64,000 bases of DNA from an uncultured Clostridia bacterium (GCA_944384535.1 CALWTS010000005.1:9870-73869), one strand, 5' to 3'. Positions 9,504 to 18,594 are shown, numbered from the stretch's first letter. The notes: a model not told the origin generated them from the letters alone. Translations and numbers: made by a program.

Positions 9504-10655
9504 ATGAAAAAATTTATTACTATTAGTATTATGTTATGCATACTAGCTACTACATTTTGTTATAATTTATGTTTAACATCTTTTGCGACTAATGAAATTG
9601 AATTAAATAGTAAAAGCGCGATTTTGCTTGATTATTCTTCAGGTGAAGTTCTTTTTGCAAAAGATGAGTTAAAGCATTTACCCATTGCTAGTATGGTTAA
9701 AATGATGACTATTTTATTGACTCTTGAGGAATTTGATAATGGTAATCTTTCAGAAGATACTATGATACAAACTACAGAAAAAGCTTCAGGTATGGGGGGA
9801 AGTCAGGTTTTTATAGATCCTTATGTAGAGTATAGTGCAGGAGATTTGTTAAAAAGCGTTGTAATGGCTTCAGCTAACGATGCTTCTGTTGCTTTAGCAG
9901 AGCATATAAGTGGCAGTGAAGAAACCTTTGTAAAAAAAATGAATGAGAAAGCAAAAACTTTAGGAATGAATAACACTAACTATGTGAATTGTACAGGTTT
10001 ACCTGCTGCTGAACAATACTCTTGTGCTAGAGATTGTGCAATTGTTTTAAAAGAAGTCGCTGAGCACGCGCTTTATCACAAATATAGTCAAATTTGGATG
10101 GATGAATTGGTACATCCTTCTGGTCGAAAAACAGAATTAGTTAATACAAATAGATTGATTAGATATTACGAAGGGTGTGATGGAGGTAAAACAGGGTCCA
10201 CAAATGAAGCAGGTTGTTGTTTAGCCGCTACAGCAAAAAGAAATGACATGAGGTTAATTTCAGTAATTGTAGGAGCGCAAAATAGTCAAACTAGGTTTAA
10301 TGAATGTACTAAACTTTTTAATTATGGTTTTGCAAATTTTGAAAGTAAAAATCTCTTAGACTCATCTATTCCTATCTTTAATGTTTCATTAAACAAAGGA
10401 AAAAAGGATTTTGTAGATGTTTATTGTAAAGAAAGTTTTTCTGTTATTGCAAAAAAGGGAGATGATTTAGGTTATGAGGTTACTTACGAAAAACCTGATA
10501 AAGTCAATGCTCCAACAAGAGCTGGAGACATTGTCGGAAGTGCTATTATTTCAAAAAATGGTAATGTTATAAAACAAATAGAGTTGATAGTGAAAGAAAA
10601 TATTGACAAACTATCATTAAAAGATTGTTTTGATAAAGTAGTTAGTCAATGGTAA
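9504..10655 (+). CDS. D-alanyl-D-alanine carboxypeptidase (S11 family, PBP5/DacB-like)
   Basis: ATG 9504 follows AGGAG (9494-9498); the track start at 9453 is an extension with no RBS. It has a signal/TM segment and the motifs SMVK (SxxK), SAND (SxN) and KTGST (KTG). Confidence 0.9.
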   Translation: MKKFITISIMLCILATTFCYNLCLTSFATNEIELNSKSAILLDYSSGEVLFAKDELKHLPIASMVKMMTILLTLEEFDNGNLSEDTMIQTTEKASGMGGSQVFIDPYVEYSAGDLLKSVVMASANDASVALAEHISGSEETFVKKMNEKAKTLGMNNTNYVNCTGLPAAEQYSCARDCAIVLKEVAEHALYHKYSQIWMDELVHPSGRKTELVNTNRLIRYYEGCDGGKTGSTNEAGCCLAATAKRNDMRLISVIVGAQNSQTRFNECTKLFNYGFANFESKNLLDSSIPIFNVSLNKGKKDFVDVYCKESFSVIAKKGDDLGYEVTYEKPDKVNAPTRAGDIVGSAIISKNGNVIKQIELIVKENIDKLSLKDCFDKVVSQW

Positions 10656-10680
10656 AAGATGTACTTGGTACATCTTTTTT
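10656..10680 (+). terminator. Rho-independent terminator
   Basis: Stem AAGATGTAC (10656-10664) / GTACATCTT (10668-10676) followed by TTTT. Confidence 0.7.
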
Positions 10681-10706
10681 ATTTGTTAATCTATAAGATA
10701 AATTAC

Positions 10707-10735
10707 TTGATTTTTTTATAAATTTCCACTATAAT
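10707..10735 (+). promoter_or_regulatory. Sigma-A-type promoter candidate for scpA-scpB
   Basis: TTGATT (10707-10712), 17-nt spacer, TATAAT (10730-10735). A second extended -10 candidate, TGtTATAAT, lies at 10752-10760. Confidence 0.45.
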
Positions 10736-10792
10736 TAAAAAGGATATTTTTTGTTATAATATTAAAATTATTTACAACTTGGAGGACTTTAA

Positions 10793-11602
10793 ATGTCGGA
10801 TAATAATAAAGAAAGTGATTTAAATTATGATAGTTTAGAAAATTCTAAAGTTGAAACAGAACAACTTTCTTTTGTTGACGAAAAATATCGATTTAAATTG
10901 GATAATTTTGAAGGCCCATTAGATTTGTTGTTGCATTTGGTTAAAGATGCTAAGTTAGATATTATGACGGTAAGATTGAAAGATATTACAGAACAATATT
11001 TAGAATATATGCAAGATTTAGAAAATATTGACATGGAAAAAGCAAGTGAATTTATAATAGTTGCTGCCACATTGCTTGAAATAAAGTCAAGAAATCTTTT
11101 ACCTGTTGAAACCGAAGATGATGAAGAAATTGAAGATAGTGAAGCATTATTGTTACAAAGGTTAAGGGAATATGAATTATTTAAGCAAACAGGAGCTAGG
11201 CTAAGGGAAATTGAAAATATAAATAAATTATATAGAGCTCCTGGGAAAGAAACTGAGAAAGTAAAAATTATTATCAAAGATATGGTTTTGGATAAATTAC
11301 TCGATGCTTTTGCTAATTTACTTGCAAAACAAGAGGCAAGAGGAAAAGATAAGGAAGAACCTAAAAAAATTGCTAAAGATAGATTTACTGTTGCAGAAAA
11401 AATTCTTTCTATTCGTAGTTATGCCAGGGAACATAGGCGTTTTCCTTTCGAAGAGTTATTTGTTCAAGATATGACAAAAAGTGAAATGATAAATGTTTTT
11501 TTAGCTTTACTTGAATTGTTAAAATTACAATCTGTAAGGGTTGAACAAATTGGTATATTTAAGCAAATTATTATAATTTCTAACGAGGTAAATAATGAGT
11601 AG
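10793..11602 (+). CDS. scpA: Segregation and condensation protein A (kleisin)
   Basis: 269 aa. The FEGPLDLLLHLV motif is near the N-terminus. It is followed by overlapping scpB. Confidence 0.9.
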   Translation: MSDNNKESDLNYDSLENSKVETEQLSFVDEKYRFKLDNFEGPLDLLLHLVKDAKLDIMTVRLKDITEQYLEYMQDLENIDMEKASEFIIVAATLLEIKSRNLLPVETEDDEEIEDSEALLLQRLREYELFKQTGARLREIENINKLYRAPGKETEKVKIIIKDMVLDKLLDAFANLLAKQEARGKDKEEPKKIAKDRFTVAEKILSIRSYAREHRRFPFEELFVQDMTKSEMINVFLALLELLKLQSVRVEQIGIFKQIIIISNEVNNE

Positions 11603-12281
11603 TATTGACACAATTTTAAATTTAAAAGAAGTATTACTTTCTATTTTGTTTGTTGCTGGAGATGGAATAGAGAAATCTTTTATTGCAGAAAAACTTGATG
11701 TTGAAGAAAAGGAATTAAATAAAGCTATTTCTCAGCTAAAAGAAGAGTTACAAGGAGTTAGTGGTATACATTTGATTGAGTATAAAAACAAAATCCAATT
11801 GGCTTCTAATCCTGATTATGCATCTTACATATCCGATGTTTTAAATCCTATAAGAGAAAAATCTTTAACAAGAGCGGCATTAGAAACTTTAGCAATTATT
11901 GCATATAAGCAACCAATTACAAAATTAGAAATAGAAGATATAAGAAGGGTGAATTCAGATTATGCTGTTCAAATATTAATAGATCAAAATATGATAGAAG
12001 TTGTTGGTAGGAAGGATGCGGTCGGAAAACCTTTACTTTTTGGTACTACTGAAAACTTTTTAAAAAGATTTGATATTAAAGATTTAAGCGATTTACCTGA
12101 TTATGAAGAATTATTGGAGAGAATAAAAACATTAAGAAGCGAAGAAGAACAAAATAGTGAAGAAACTTTATTTAGAAATGTAGATGATCTTGAATTTGAA
12201 GAAGATTTACCTGATTTTTTAAAAGGAGAAGATTTTGTTAAAGTTGAAGGGGATGATGTTTCTTCAAATACTACAGCATAA
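11595..12281 (+). CDS. scpB: Segregation and condensation protein B
   Basis: 228 aa. Motifs ILFVAGDGI and TRAALETLAIIAYKQPITKLEIEDIRRV, plus an acidic tail. It overlaps scpA by 8 nt. Confidence 0.9.
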   Translation: MSSIDTILNLKEVLLSILFVAGDGIEKSFIAEKLDVEEKELNKAISQLKEELQGVSGIHLIEYKNKIQLASNPDYASYISDVLNPIREKSLTRAALETLAIIAYKQPITKLEIEDIRRVNSDYAVQILIDQNMIEVVGRKDAVGKPLLFGTTENFLKRFDIKDLSDLPDYEELLERIKTLRSEEEQNSEETLFRNVDDLEFEEDLPDFLKGEDFVKVEGDDVSSNTTA

Positions 12282-12307
12282 AAGAAGTCATTAATGACTT
12301 CTTTTTT
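12282..12307 (+). terminator. Rho-independent terminator after scpB
   Basis: Stem AAGAAGTCA (12282-12290) / TGACTTCTT (12295-12303) followed by TTTT. Confidence 0.7.
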
Positions 12308-12342
12308 AGCATGAATTTAAAATATTAATCATAATTTATCTT

Positions 12343-12495
12343 ATGGAAAAGATAAAAATCAAAAGTTATGGAACAAGATATAGATTGGTTGAAAATAAAG
12401 TAAAAATAAACAAGAAAAAATTGTTCTTTTTAATTTTTTTTACATTGATAATATCTGAAATAATTTTGGGTGTTTTATTATGTATAGGTTATTAA
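12343..12495 (+). CDS. Small (50 aa) single-pass membrane protein ORF overlapping the spoIVFB-like start
   Basis: Absent from the ORF track (under 60 aa). It reads MEKIKIKSYGTRYRLVENKVKINKKKLFFLIFFTLIISEIILGVLLCIGY, a basic N-terminus plus one TM segment. It overlaps the next gene by 16 nt. No clear Shine-Dalgarno sequence. Confidence 0.25.
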   Translation: MEKIKIKSYGTRYRLVENKVKINKKKLFFLIFFTLIISEIILGVLLCIGY

Positions 12496-13331
12496 AAAAG
12501 ATTAACAATAAAAATCCTATTCATCCTACTTTTTTTCTTTTCTTTTTATGGTTTATTTTTAACCAACAACTTGTAAATTTTTTATTCTTTATATTAGTTA
12601 TGTTGTCACATGAATTTGGTCACTATTGGGTAGCAAAAAAATGCGGATATAGATTAAATTCTTTTTACATTGCACCTTATGGAGTCAATTTAAATTATAA
12701 GGAAAAATCTTTTGAGAGTAAAGATGAAGTATGTATTGCCGTTGCTGGTCCTTTTGTAAATATTTTTTTAAGTTTAGTAATAATATCTATATGGTGGATT
12801 TTTCCTGCAATATATAATTATACTAATGTTATTGTTGAACAATCTTTAATGTTAGGTTTATTTAATTTATTACCTTGTTACCCATTAGATGGTGGTAGGA
12901 TATTGATTGGAATATTGTCACAAAAAATTGAAAGAAGGAAAGCTGTAAAAATTTCCTATGTTTTTAATTTTTTATTTTCTTTTATATTATTTGTATTGTT
13001 TTTGATTTCTTGCTTTACAAATTTTAATCCAACCCTTTGTTTATGTGCGGTTTTCCTTTTTCTTGGAACAATAGATAGTAAAAAGGAAACAAAATATCAA
13101 TCAATTTTCTTTGTTAATAGAAAAGTTAAAAATTTTTCAAAATCTTGTTTAATATCTGTAAATGATGATGTATCTTTATCACAATTGTTAAATCATATTG
13201 AGATAAACAAATATACTATTTTTACTATTATATCACCTAAATATAAAACTAAATATTTAGATGAAAATACATTGAGATTATTATTAATAAAATATCCACC
13301 AAATACTAAATTAAAAGATCTAATTAAATAA
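12480..13331 (+). CDS. spoIVFB: SpoIVFB-like M50B site-2 metalloprotease (pro-sigma-K processing enzyme family)
   Basis: 283 aa. HEFGH zinc motif in a TM segment and NLLPCYPLDGGRIL (NxxPxxxLDG). The length and the C-terminal region (..YLDENTL..) parallel B. subtilis SpoIVFB. A pro-sigma-K gene is present at 32659. Confidence 0.7.
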   Translation: MYRLLKKINNKNPIHPTFFLFFLWFIFNQQLVNFLFFILVMLSHEFGHYWVAKKCGYRLNSFYIAPYGVNLNYKEKSFESKDEVCIAVAGPFVNIFLSLVIISIWWIFPAIYNYTNVIVEQSLMLGLFNLLPCYPLDGGRILIGILSQKIERRKAVKISYVFNFLFSFILFVLFLISCFTNFNPTLCLCAVFLFLGTIDSKKETKYQSIFFVNRKVKNFSKSCLISVNDDVSLSQLLNHIEINKYTIFTIISPKYKTKYLDENTLRLLLIKYPPNTKLKDLIK

Positions 13332-13776
13332 GATACTTTATAAGTCTGTCTAAATTTGTTCTTTCTAATTCTTTTAAATTATTTAAAATTTCATCAATTT
13401 CACTACAAACATTTTTATGATCGGCTTGATCCTTAATGCACGTTATATATCCCATAAAAGTTCCTAATAGCATTAATTCTGCGATGTGTCTATTTGTTTT
13501 ATCTGATAGTGTGGAAATATTGATAGATGACCATAGTTTAGCTTTTTCAAACCAATTATTATCTTTTATTCCATCTATTTTTTTTGCTTTTGCTAAAAGT
13601 TCGCATTCTTTTTCTAAAGTAAGGTATTTATCTTCTTGTGTTGATAATTCTTTTTTAAAATCATCATCTTTTACTTTTCCAATAATGTCTTCAATAGATT
13701 GAACAGCTGTTTTAATATTTTGATATACTGCATTAATGTATTCAGTAACAAGTTCAATATTTTCGCAATTTTCCAT
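13324..13776 (-). CDS. Hypothetical helical cytoplasmic protein (150 aa)
   Basis: Clean ORF with GGAGG (reverse strand, about 13782-13786) upstream of the ATG. It has a heptad-like charged composition and no motif I recognise. It converges on and overlaps the spoIVFB-like stop by 8 nt. Confidence 0.5.
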   Translation of the reverse strand: MENCENIELVTEYINAVYQNIKTAVQSIEDIIGKVKDDDFKKELSTQEDKYLTLEKECELLAKAKKIDGIKDNNWFEKAKLWSSINISTLSDKTNRHIAELMLLGTFMGYITCIKDQADHKNVCSEIDEILNNLKELERTNLDRLIKYLI

Positions 13777-13880
13777 AGCACCTCCAAATATATTATTATT
13801 TTGTCAAAAATTTTAAAAAAAATACTTTATAAAAACTATAAAATGTGAATAACAGTTGTTAACTTGCAGAAAATATAAAT

Positions 13881-15287
13881 ATGAAAAAATCAACTAGGAT
13901 ATTATTAATTATATATATTTTATTTCTTATTCCATCAATTATTTTGGGTGGATCCATTTTTCAATCAGTAAAAATATTAGAAGGAAAAATATTTTTTGAG
14001 TTTGGAACAAAAAGTATCATAGCTTTAGTTTTAGTTTCGATAAGTGTGGTTATTGGAATTATTTTATATTTTAAATTTTTAAGTTCTTTAACAATTGATA
14101 AAATGCTTTTTTTTCTTATTATGCCATTATTTTCAATTTATGGAATTTTGATATTTTTGTTGGCTCAATTAAATTTCATGGATAATGATTTTGCAAATAC
14201 GATTAAGTCATTTTTAAATATTTCGACAGAAAATTTTTATAATACAGTTTTATGGGCGGTTTTGATATCGATTGTTTTTATTCTTGTTGTGTATTTTACT
14301 TTTATTTTTGCTTGCAAGCCGATTAATAAGGTTGAGAAAGTTATTTCTCGACTTGGTGATGGAAAATTAAAAGAGGAAAAACTTATTATAGGTGGAGGTA
14401 AACAATTTAATAATATTGAACATGGCTTAAATAAAATTAACAACAATTATAAAGAAAAGGATAATTCATTAAAACAATTTAATTTAAAAGAGGAAAAATT
14501 TATATCAAAACAATTTTTTAGATTTTTAGGTAAAAATTTAATTTCAGAATTAGAGATGGGTAGAAATGTAACTAAAAAGGCTTTTTTATTACATATAAAA
14601 CTTGAAGAATATTTAAAGAAAGATATGACTACATTGAATGAAGAATATAAAATATTAAGTTCTTACTTAAAAGTTATTTCTCCATTAATATGTAGATTTA
14701 ATGGTTTTATAGATAAATACTGGAGTAATTGTATTGTAGCTGTTTTTTCCAAAAGTGAAAATGCTTTAAAATGTGCAAACTCTGTAATTAGAGCTTTAGA
14801 GATTCATAATAAACAATGGAAAAAGGATTTTAAAATAAAAGAAAGAATTTCGATTATCTCTGATGATTTGGTTTTTGGAGTTGTTGATGACGGTGATAGA
14901 AAAATTCCCACAATAATTTCTAATACAACGAATAAATTTAATAAATTTGACAAAATATCTCAACTATTTTCGTTAAAATTGTTATTTACTAAAGATATAA
15001 TTGATGATTTACCACTAAACTATAAAATGGATTATAGATATATTGGTTCCTTGAGTATAAATGAAAAAGAAGAAATGTTGTTTGAGTGTATTTCTCTTTA
15101 TTCAAGAAGGTTTGTTTACCTTTTAAGAAAAAATAAAAGATTGTTTGAAAAAGCAGTAATGTTTTATAATGAAGATAAGTTTATAGAAAGTTTTAAAATA
15201 TTTTCATATATTTTAAAGATAGTTCCAGAAGATAAGGTAAGTTATTTATATTTGAATAAAATAAAAGAAAAGATTAATGTCAATTAA
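13881..15287 (+). CDS. Membrane protein with a HAMP-like linker, a degenerate class III nucleotidyl-cyclase homology domain and a TPR-like tail
   Basis: 468 aa with about 5 N-terminal TM segments. The linker is CKPINKVEKVISRLGDGKL. The CHD-like layout is KKAFLLHIKLEEY / NGFIDKYWSNCIVAVFS / RISIISDDLVFGVVDDGDRKIPTIISNTTNKFNKF, with the metal-binding Asp positions substituted. Confidence 0.5.
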   Translation: MKKSTRILLIIYILFLIPSIILGGSIFQSVKILEGKIFFEFGTKSIIALVLVSISVVIGIILYFKFLSSLTIDKMLFFLIMPLFSIYGILIFLLAQLNFMDNDFANTIKSFLNISTENFYNTVLWAVLISIVFILVVYFTFIFACKPINKVEKVISRLGDGKLKEEKLIIGGGKQFNNIEHGLNKINNNYKEKDNSLKQFNLKEEKFISKQFFRFLGKNLISELEMGRNVTKKAFLLHIKLEEYLKKDMTTLNEEYKILSSYLKVISPLICRFNGFIDKYWSNCIVAVFSKSENALKCANSVIRALEIHNKQWKKDFKIKERISIISDDLVFGVVDDGDRKIPTIISNTTNKFNKFDKISQLFSLKLLFTKDIIDDLPLNYKMDYRYIGSLSINEKEEMLFECISLYSRRFVYLLRKNKRLFEKAVMFYNEDKFIESFKIFSYILKIVPEDKVSYLYLNKIKEKINVN

Positions 15288-15335
15288 AATTCTTTTTCCT
15301 TGACAAAAATGACATGATAGTGTTATTCTTTTTTT

Positions 15336-15869
15336 ATGAGACTTGGAAAAGAAAAAGAACATAATAAAACTTGTCCTAGATGTGGATTAAAGATGTTAAA
15401 AGAAATCGAAGTATGCCCAGATTGTGGACTAGTTTTTTCTCGTCTTCAAATTGCTTCTAATAAAGATGCAAAAAGAAAAAAGTTGAGGGGTGACAGAGAT
15501 TTTATTATAAATACACCATCATTACCTAATGATGTAAGTTTTATAAAATTACTTTTTCTATGTATATTTTTAGGTCCAATGGGGGCACATAATTTTTATG
15601 TTGGTAGATACTTAAAAGGTTCAATTTTGTTAGTTGATTTTATATTGTTAGTATTAATGGTAATTTTTAATAATGAGCTTTTGCAATGGGGCGGTGAAGA
15701 ATTGGTAGGAACAGTTTCAACAATTTGTGGTTTAGTGTTGCTTATGTGGTTTTGGGATTTACTTCAAATTATTACTAAAAAATTTAAAGTTCCTGTAGCT
15801 ATAGATATTGATTATGATATAGAAAATTCAAAAAATAATGATTTAACAATCAATAAAGAAAATAACTAA
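15336..15869 (+). CDS. Zinc-ribbon plus TM2-domain membrane protein
   Basis: N-terminal CPRCG...CPDCG zinc ribbon, then the TM2 signature GAHNFYVGRYLKG within two TM helices. Confidence 0.7.
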   Translation: MRLGKEKEHNKTCPRCGLKMLKEIEVCPDCGLVFSRLQIASNKDAKRKKLRGDRDFIINTPSLPNDVSFIKLLFLCIFLGPMGAHNFYVGRYLKGSILLVDFILLVLMVIFNNELLQWGGEELVGTVSTICGLVLLMWFWDLLQIITKKFKVPVAIDIDYDIENSKNNDLTINKENN

Positions 15870-15896
15870 TATAATATCTTTTATTTTGGGGGAAAA

Positions 15897-16973
15897 ATGA
15901 GAATAGTAGTAGGAATTAGTGGTGGTGTAGATTCATCGGTTGCTGCATACTTGCTAAAAAAACAAGGGCATGATGTGATTGGGCTTTTTATGGTTAATTG
16001 GGAAGAGAGAGATGGAACATGTACTGCAGAGGAAGATTTTGAAGATGTTAAAAGAGTTTGCAATAAAATAGGTATTCCTTACTTTTCTGTTAATTATGCA
16101 AAAGAATATTATGATAGAGTTTTTAAGTATTTTTTGGAGGAATATAAAAAGGGTAGAACGCCAAATCCTGATGTATTGTGTAATAGAGAAATTAAATTTG
16201 GTCCTTTTTTAGAACAGGCAAAAAAACTTGGTGCAGACATGATTGCGACAGGTCATTATGCAAAGAAAATTGAGAAGGAAGGGAATTTTTATTTAGCAAA
16301 AGCTAGTGATTTAAATAAGGATCAATCATATTTTTTAAATCAGCTTAATCAACAACAATTATCTAGTGTGATTTTTCCTTTGGAAAATATAGATAAACCA
16401 ACAGTCAGAAAAATAGCTAAAGAATTAGAATTGTCAACAGCAGAAAAAAAAGATAGTACTGGAATTTGTTTTATTGGTGAAAGAAATTTTAAAAAATTTT
16501 TAAAAGAGTTTTTACCTGCACAGCCTGGGAAAATTTTAGATTTAAAAGGGAATATAATAGGACAACATGATGGATTAATGTACTATACTCTAGGTCAAAG
16601 AAGAGGTTTAAATATTGGCGGTAAGAAAGGAGGTACTGGAGAAAGATGGTTTGTCATAAAAAAAGATTTAGAAAAAAACATCCTATATGTATCTCAAGGA
16701 GAAGACTCATTACTTTTTAGTAATGGATTATTTGCCTCTCAAATGAATTGGATTCCTATGATTCCTAAAGAAGAGGAATTTGATTGCTTTGCAAAATTTC
16801 GATATAGACAACAGGATCAAAAGGTTTATGTTAAAATTATAGATAATAAAAACATACAGGTAGATTTTTATGAGGAGCAAAGGGCAATTACTCCGGGACA
16901 GTTTGTTGTTTTATATGATGAAAAAGGTTTTTGTCTAGGTGGAGGAATTATAGATAGAAGTTATAAAAACTAA
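15897..16973 (+). CDS. mnmA: tRNA-specific 2-thiouridylase MnmA
   Basis: 358 aa. PP-loop [26 protein letters not shown], and a C-terminal PGQFVVLYD. Confidence 0.95.
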   Translation: MRIVVGISGGVDSSVAAYLLKKQGHDVIGLFMVNWEERDGTCTAEEDFEDVKRVCNKIGIPYFSVNYAKEYYDRVFKYFLEEYKKGRTPNPDVLCNREIKFGPFLEQAKKLGADMIATGHYAKKIEKEGNFYLAKASDLNKDQSYFLNQLNQQQLSSVIFPLENIDKPTVRKIAKELELSTAEKKDSTGICFIGERNFKKFLKEFLPAQPGKILDLKGNIIGQHDGLMYYTLGQRRGLNIGGKKGGTGERWFVIKKDLEKNILYVSQGEDSLLFSNGLFASQMNWIPMIPKEEEFDCFAKFRYRQQDQKVYVKIIDNKNIQVDFYEEQRAITPGQFVVLYDEKGFCLGGGIIDRSYKN

Positions 16974-17038
16974 TTTTAAATGCATAAAATTGAATATAAT
17001 TTTTAATTTTTTACAAACTAATAGTAAGGAGGTAAAAA

Positions 17039-17257
17039 ATGATTATTGCAAATTATATTGCATTTATTTTGCTTTTAATTGGAGCATTAAATTGGGGACT
17101 TGTAGGTATATTTAATTTTAACTTAGTTGCTTGGATTAGTATGGGAAGTAGAGTTGTTGAAAGAATAATTTATATACTTGTTTTAATCTCTGCAATTTGG
17201 TTGATAATATCTGCTGCTATTGATGGTGGAATTATTTTAACTAGTGCTTTATATTAA
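17039..17257 (+). CDS. DUF378 family small membrane protein
   Basis: 72 aa with the hallmark IGALNWGLVG and two TM helices. AGGAGG lies upstream. Confidence 0.8.
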   Translation: MIIANYIAFILLLIGALNWGLVGIFNFNLVAWISMGSRVVERIIYILVLISAIWLIISAAIDGGIILTSALY

Positions 17258-17282
17258 AAAAAAGGATCTAATCCTTTTTTTT
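17258..17282. terminator. Bidirectional terminator between convergent genes
   Basis: A-run, stem AAAGGAT (17261-17267) / ATCCTTT (17271-17277), then a T-run. Confidence 0.6.
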
Positions 17283-18087
17283 AAATAAAAAATTTTTTAG
17301 ATTTTACAATTTTTAACCTATATTTTTTTGTATTTATCTTTACAATTATATTTTTTTTGTTTGATTTACAATTTTTTATTTTATTATATAAGATTGTATA
17401 CAATAGTGATATGATATTACAACCAACTAAACCTATAATTATTAGAATAAAGTCATATAAAAACTGACCATTATTAATTCTTATTTTTTCCATAAAAGGA
17501 ATATTGGAACTTAAAATATTACAAAAATTTACATCTAAAATAAAAGCTAAAGGTATCGCTATTATTGCATAACTAATGAGACATATTGTTATTTTTATAG
17601 AATCTGAATATTTTGGTCTATAAGTTTTTAGTCCTATAGATAATAAGAAATACATTATTGCTAAATGGTGATAAATGAATGTATGAAAGGAAAAAAAAGA
17701 TTCAAAAATATTGGAAGTAGAATTTCCTATAATACTGCTAGGGTAAACATAAAAAGCAATAAATAGAAAAAATCCCCAAATGAAAGAAATTCCTTTAAAA
17801 AAGTCTCTATATTTATTTTTTAAAAATTGAGATAGACTGTACCAAACCATAAAAAAAGAGCAAAAATGTAAAGGACCCCCCCATAGAGAATAACCATTTA
17901 TTATTGATAAGATTTGTTTAATAACTTCTAAAACAAGCATGATTATTGTAATTATGAGTAAAGGAATATTTTTTATCTTATCACTTTTATTTTTAAGTAT
18001 AATTGATAAAAATATGGTAATACCCACCATTAATACAAACATAATTGGCAAAATAATAGCTTCATCTTTAGTCCATTCAAAAATCAT
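17281..18087 (-). CDS. Polytopic integral membrane protein (268 aa), function unknown
   Basis: About 7 hydrophobic segments and a basic C-terminal tail. It may belong to the YwaF/TMEM164-like family, but I cannot verify that by eye. Confidence 0.5.
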   Translation of the reverse strand: MIFEWTKDEAIILPIMFVLMVGITIFLSIILKNKSDKIKNIPLLIITIIMLVLEVIKQILSIINGYSLWGGPLHFCSFFMVWYSLSQFLKNKYRDFFKGISFIWGFFLFIAFYVYPSSIIGNSTSNIFESFFSFHTFIYHHLAIMYFLLSIGLKTYRPKYSDSIKITICLISYAIIAIPLAFILDVNFCNILSSNIPFMEKIRINNGQFLYDFILIIIGLVGCNIISLLYTILYNKIKNCKSNKKNIIVKINTKKYRLKIVKSKKFFI

Positions 18088-18135
18088 ATTAACCTTATTA
18101 TAATTTAGTAGTCAATAAAAATCAAGTTAAAAAAT

Positions 18136-18164
18136 TTGACAAAAAAATAAAAATTTTTTATTAT
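18136..18164 (+). promoter_or_regulatory. Promoter candidate for tRNA-Ser
   Basis: TTGACA (18136-18141), 17-nt spacer, TATTAT (18159-18164), 8 nt before the tRNA 5' end. Confidence 0.45.
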
Positions 18165-18172
18165 AAAAACAT

Positions 18173-18262
18173 GCAAAGGTGGTCGAGCGGTTTAAGGCGC
18201 ACGCTTGGAAAGCGTGTGAGGTTTCATAGCCTCCGCAGGTTCAAATCCTGTCCTTTGCGCCA
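18173..18262 (+). tRNA. tRNA-Ser (anticodon GGA), CCA encoded
   Basis: Acceptor stem GCAAAGG/CCTTTGC. Anticodon stem CACGC/GCGTG with loop TTGGAAA. Long variable arm (TGAGGTTTCATAGCCTC), T-arm GCAGG-TTCAAAT-CCTGT, and 3' GCCA. Confidence 0.9.
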
Positions 18263-18298
18263 AAAAAAAACGTTTCTAATGAGTGAAACGTTTTTTTT
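18263..18298. terminator. Bidirectional terminator (tRNA-Ser on +, small CDS on -)
   Basis: A-run, stem AAACGTTTC / GAAACGTTT (about 18268-18293), then a T-run. Confidence 0.65.
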
Positions 18299-18304
18299 GC
18301 CGGA

Positions 18305-18466
18305 TTATTCTTGATCCATTTCGTAATGAGCGCCAGAGTGTTGTGTTGCAGGAAAACGTTGACCTTTTTCAAGGTAACAACTACCACCACATTTACCATG
18401 GCTGTCATAACAAGAATAATTTCCAGATTTTGGTGCTTGCTCACCAGGTTTCCATTGTTTACTCAT
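18305..18466 (-). CDS. YjzC-like small protein (53 aa)
   Basis: Absent from the ORF track. The reverse strand reads MSKQWKPGEQAPKSGNYSCYDSHGKCGGSCYLEKGQRFPATQHSGAHYEMDQE. GGAGG sits about 6 nt upstream (18473-18477) and the bidirectional terminator lies downstream. The KPGExAPxSGxY ... KGxxFP pattern matches the YjzC family. Confidence 0.7.
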   Translation of the reverse strand: MSKQWKPGEQAPKSGNYSCYDSHGKCGGSCYLEKGQRFPATQHSGAHYEMDQE

Positions 18467-18594
18467 GTTTAACCTCCATTGATAGTATGTGTAGCAAAAG
18501 TAAAATTATTCTTCTAATTTATTTATTTAAATGTTATTTTTTTGTTTGTACAAAAGAAAAAGTTTGTTTATAATAGTCTTGTGTAGGAGGATAA

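Noticed and set aside
10825-11277. 150-aa antisense ORF inside scpA. Similar antisense ORFs are 52624..53085, 29141..29527, 38479..38835, 27776..28054, 3158..3445 and 8795..9097.
   Set aside because: These are shadow ORFs opposite bona fide conserved genes. They give Ser/Phe/Leu/Ile-rich low-complexity translations with no RBS, and long open antisense frames opposite purine-rich genes are common.
18241-18573. Track ORFs 18241..18444 (-) and 18283..18573 (+) next to tRNA-Ser
   Set aside because: Both run through the tRNA 3' end or the bidirectional terminator hairpin, lack an SD and give low-complexity nonsense peptides. A third frame (18305..18466, minus) has an SD and a YjzC-like product and explains the open frames.
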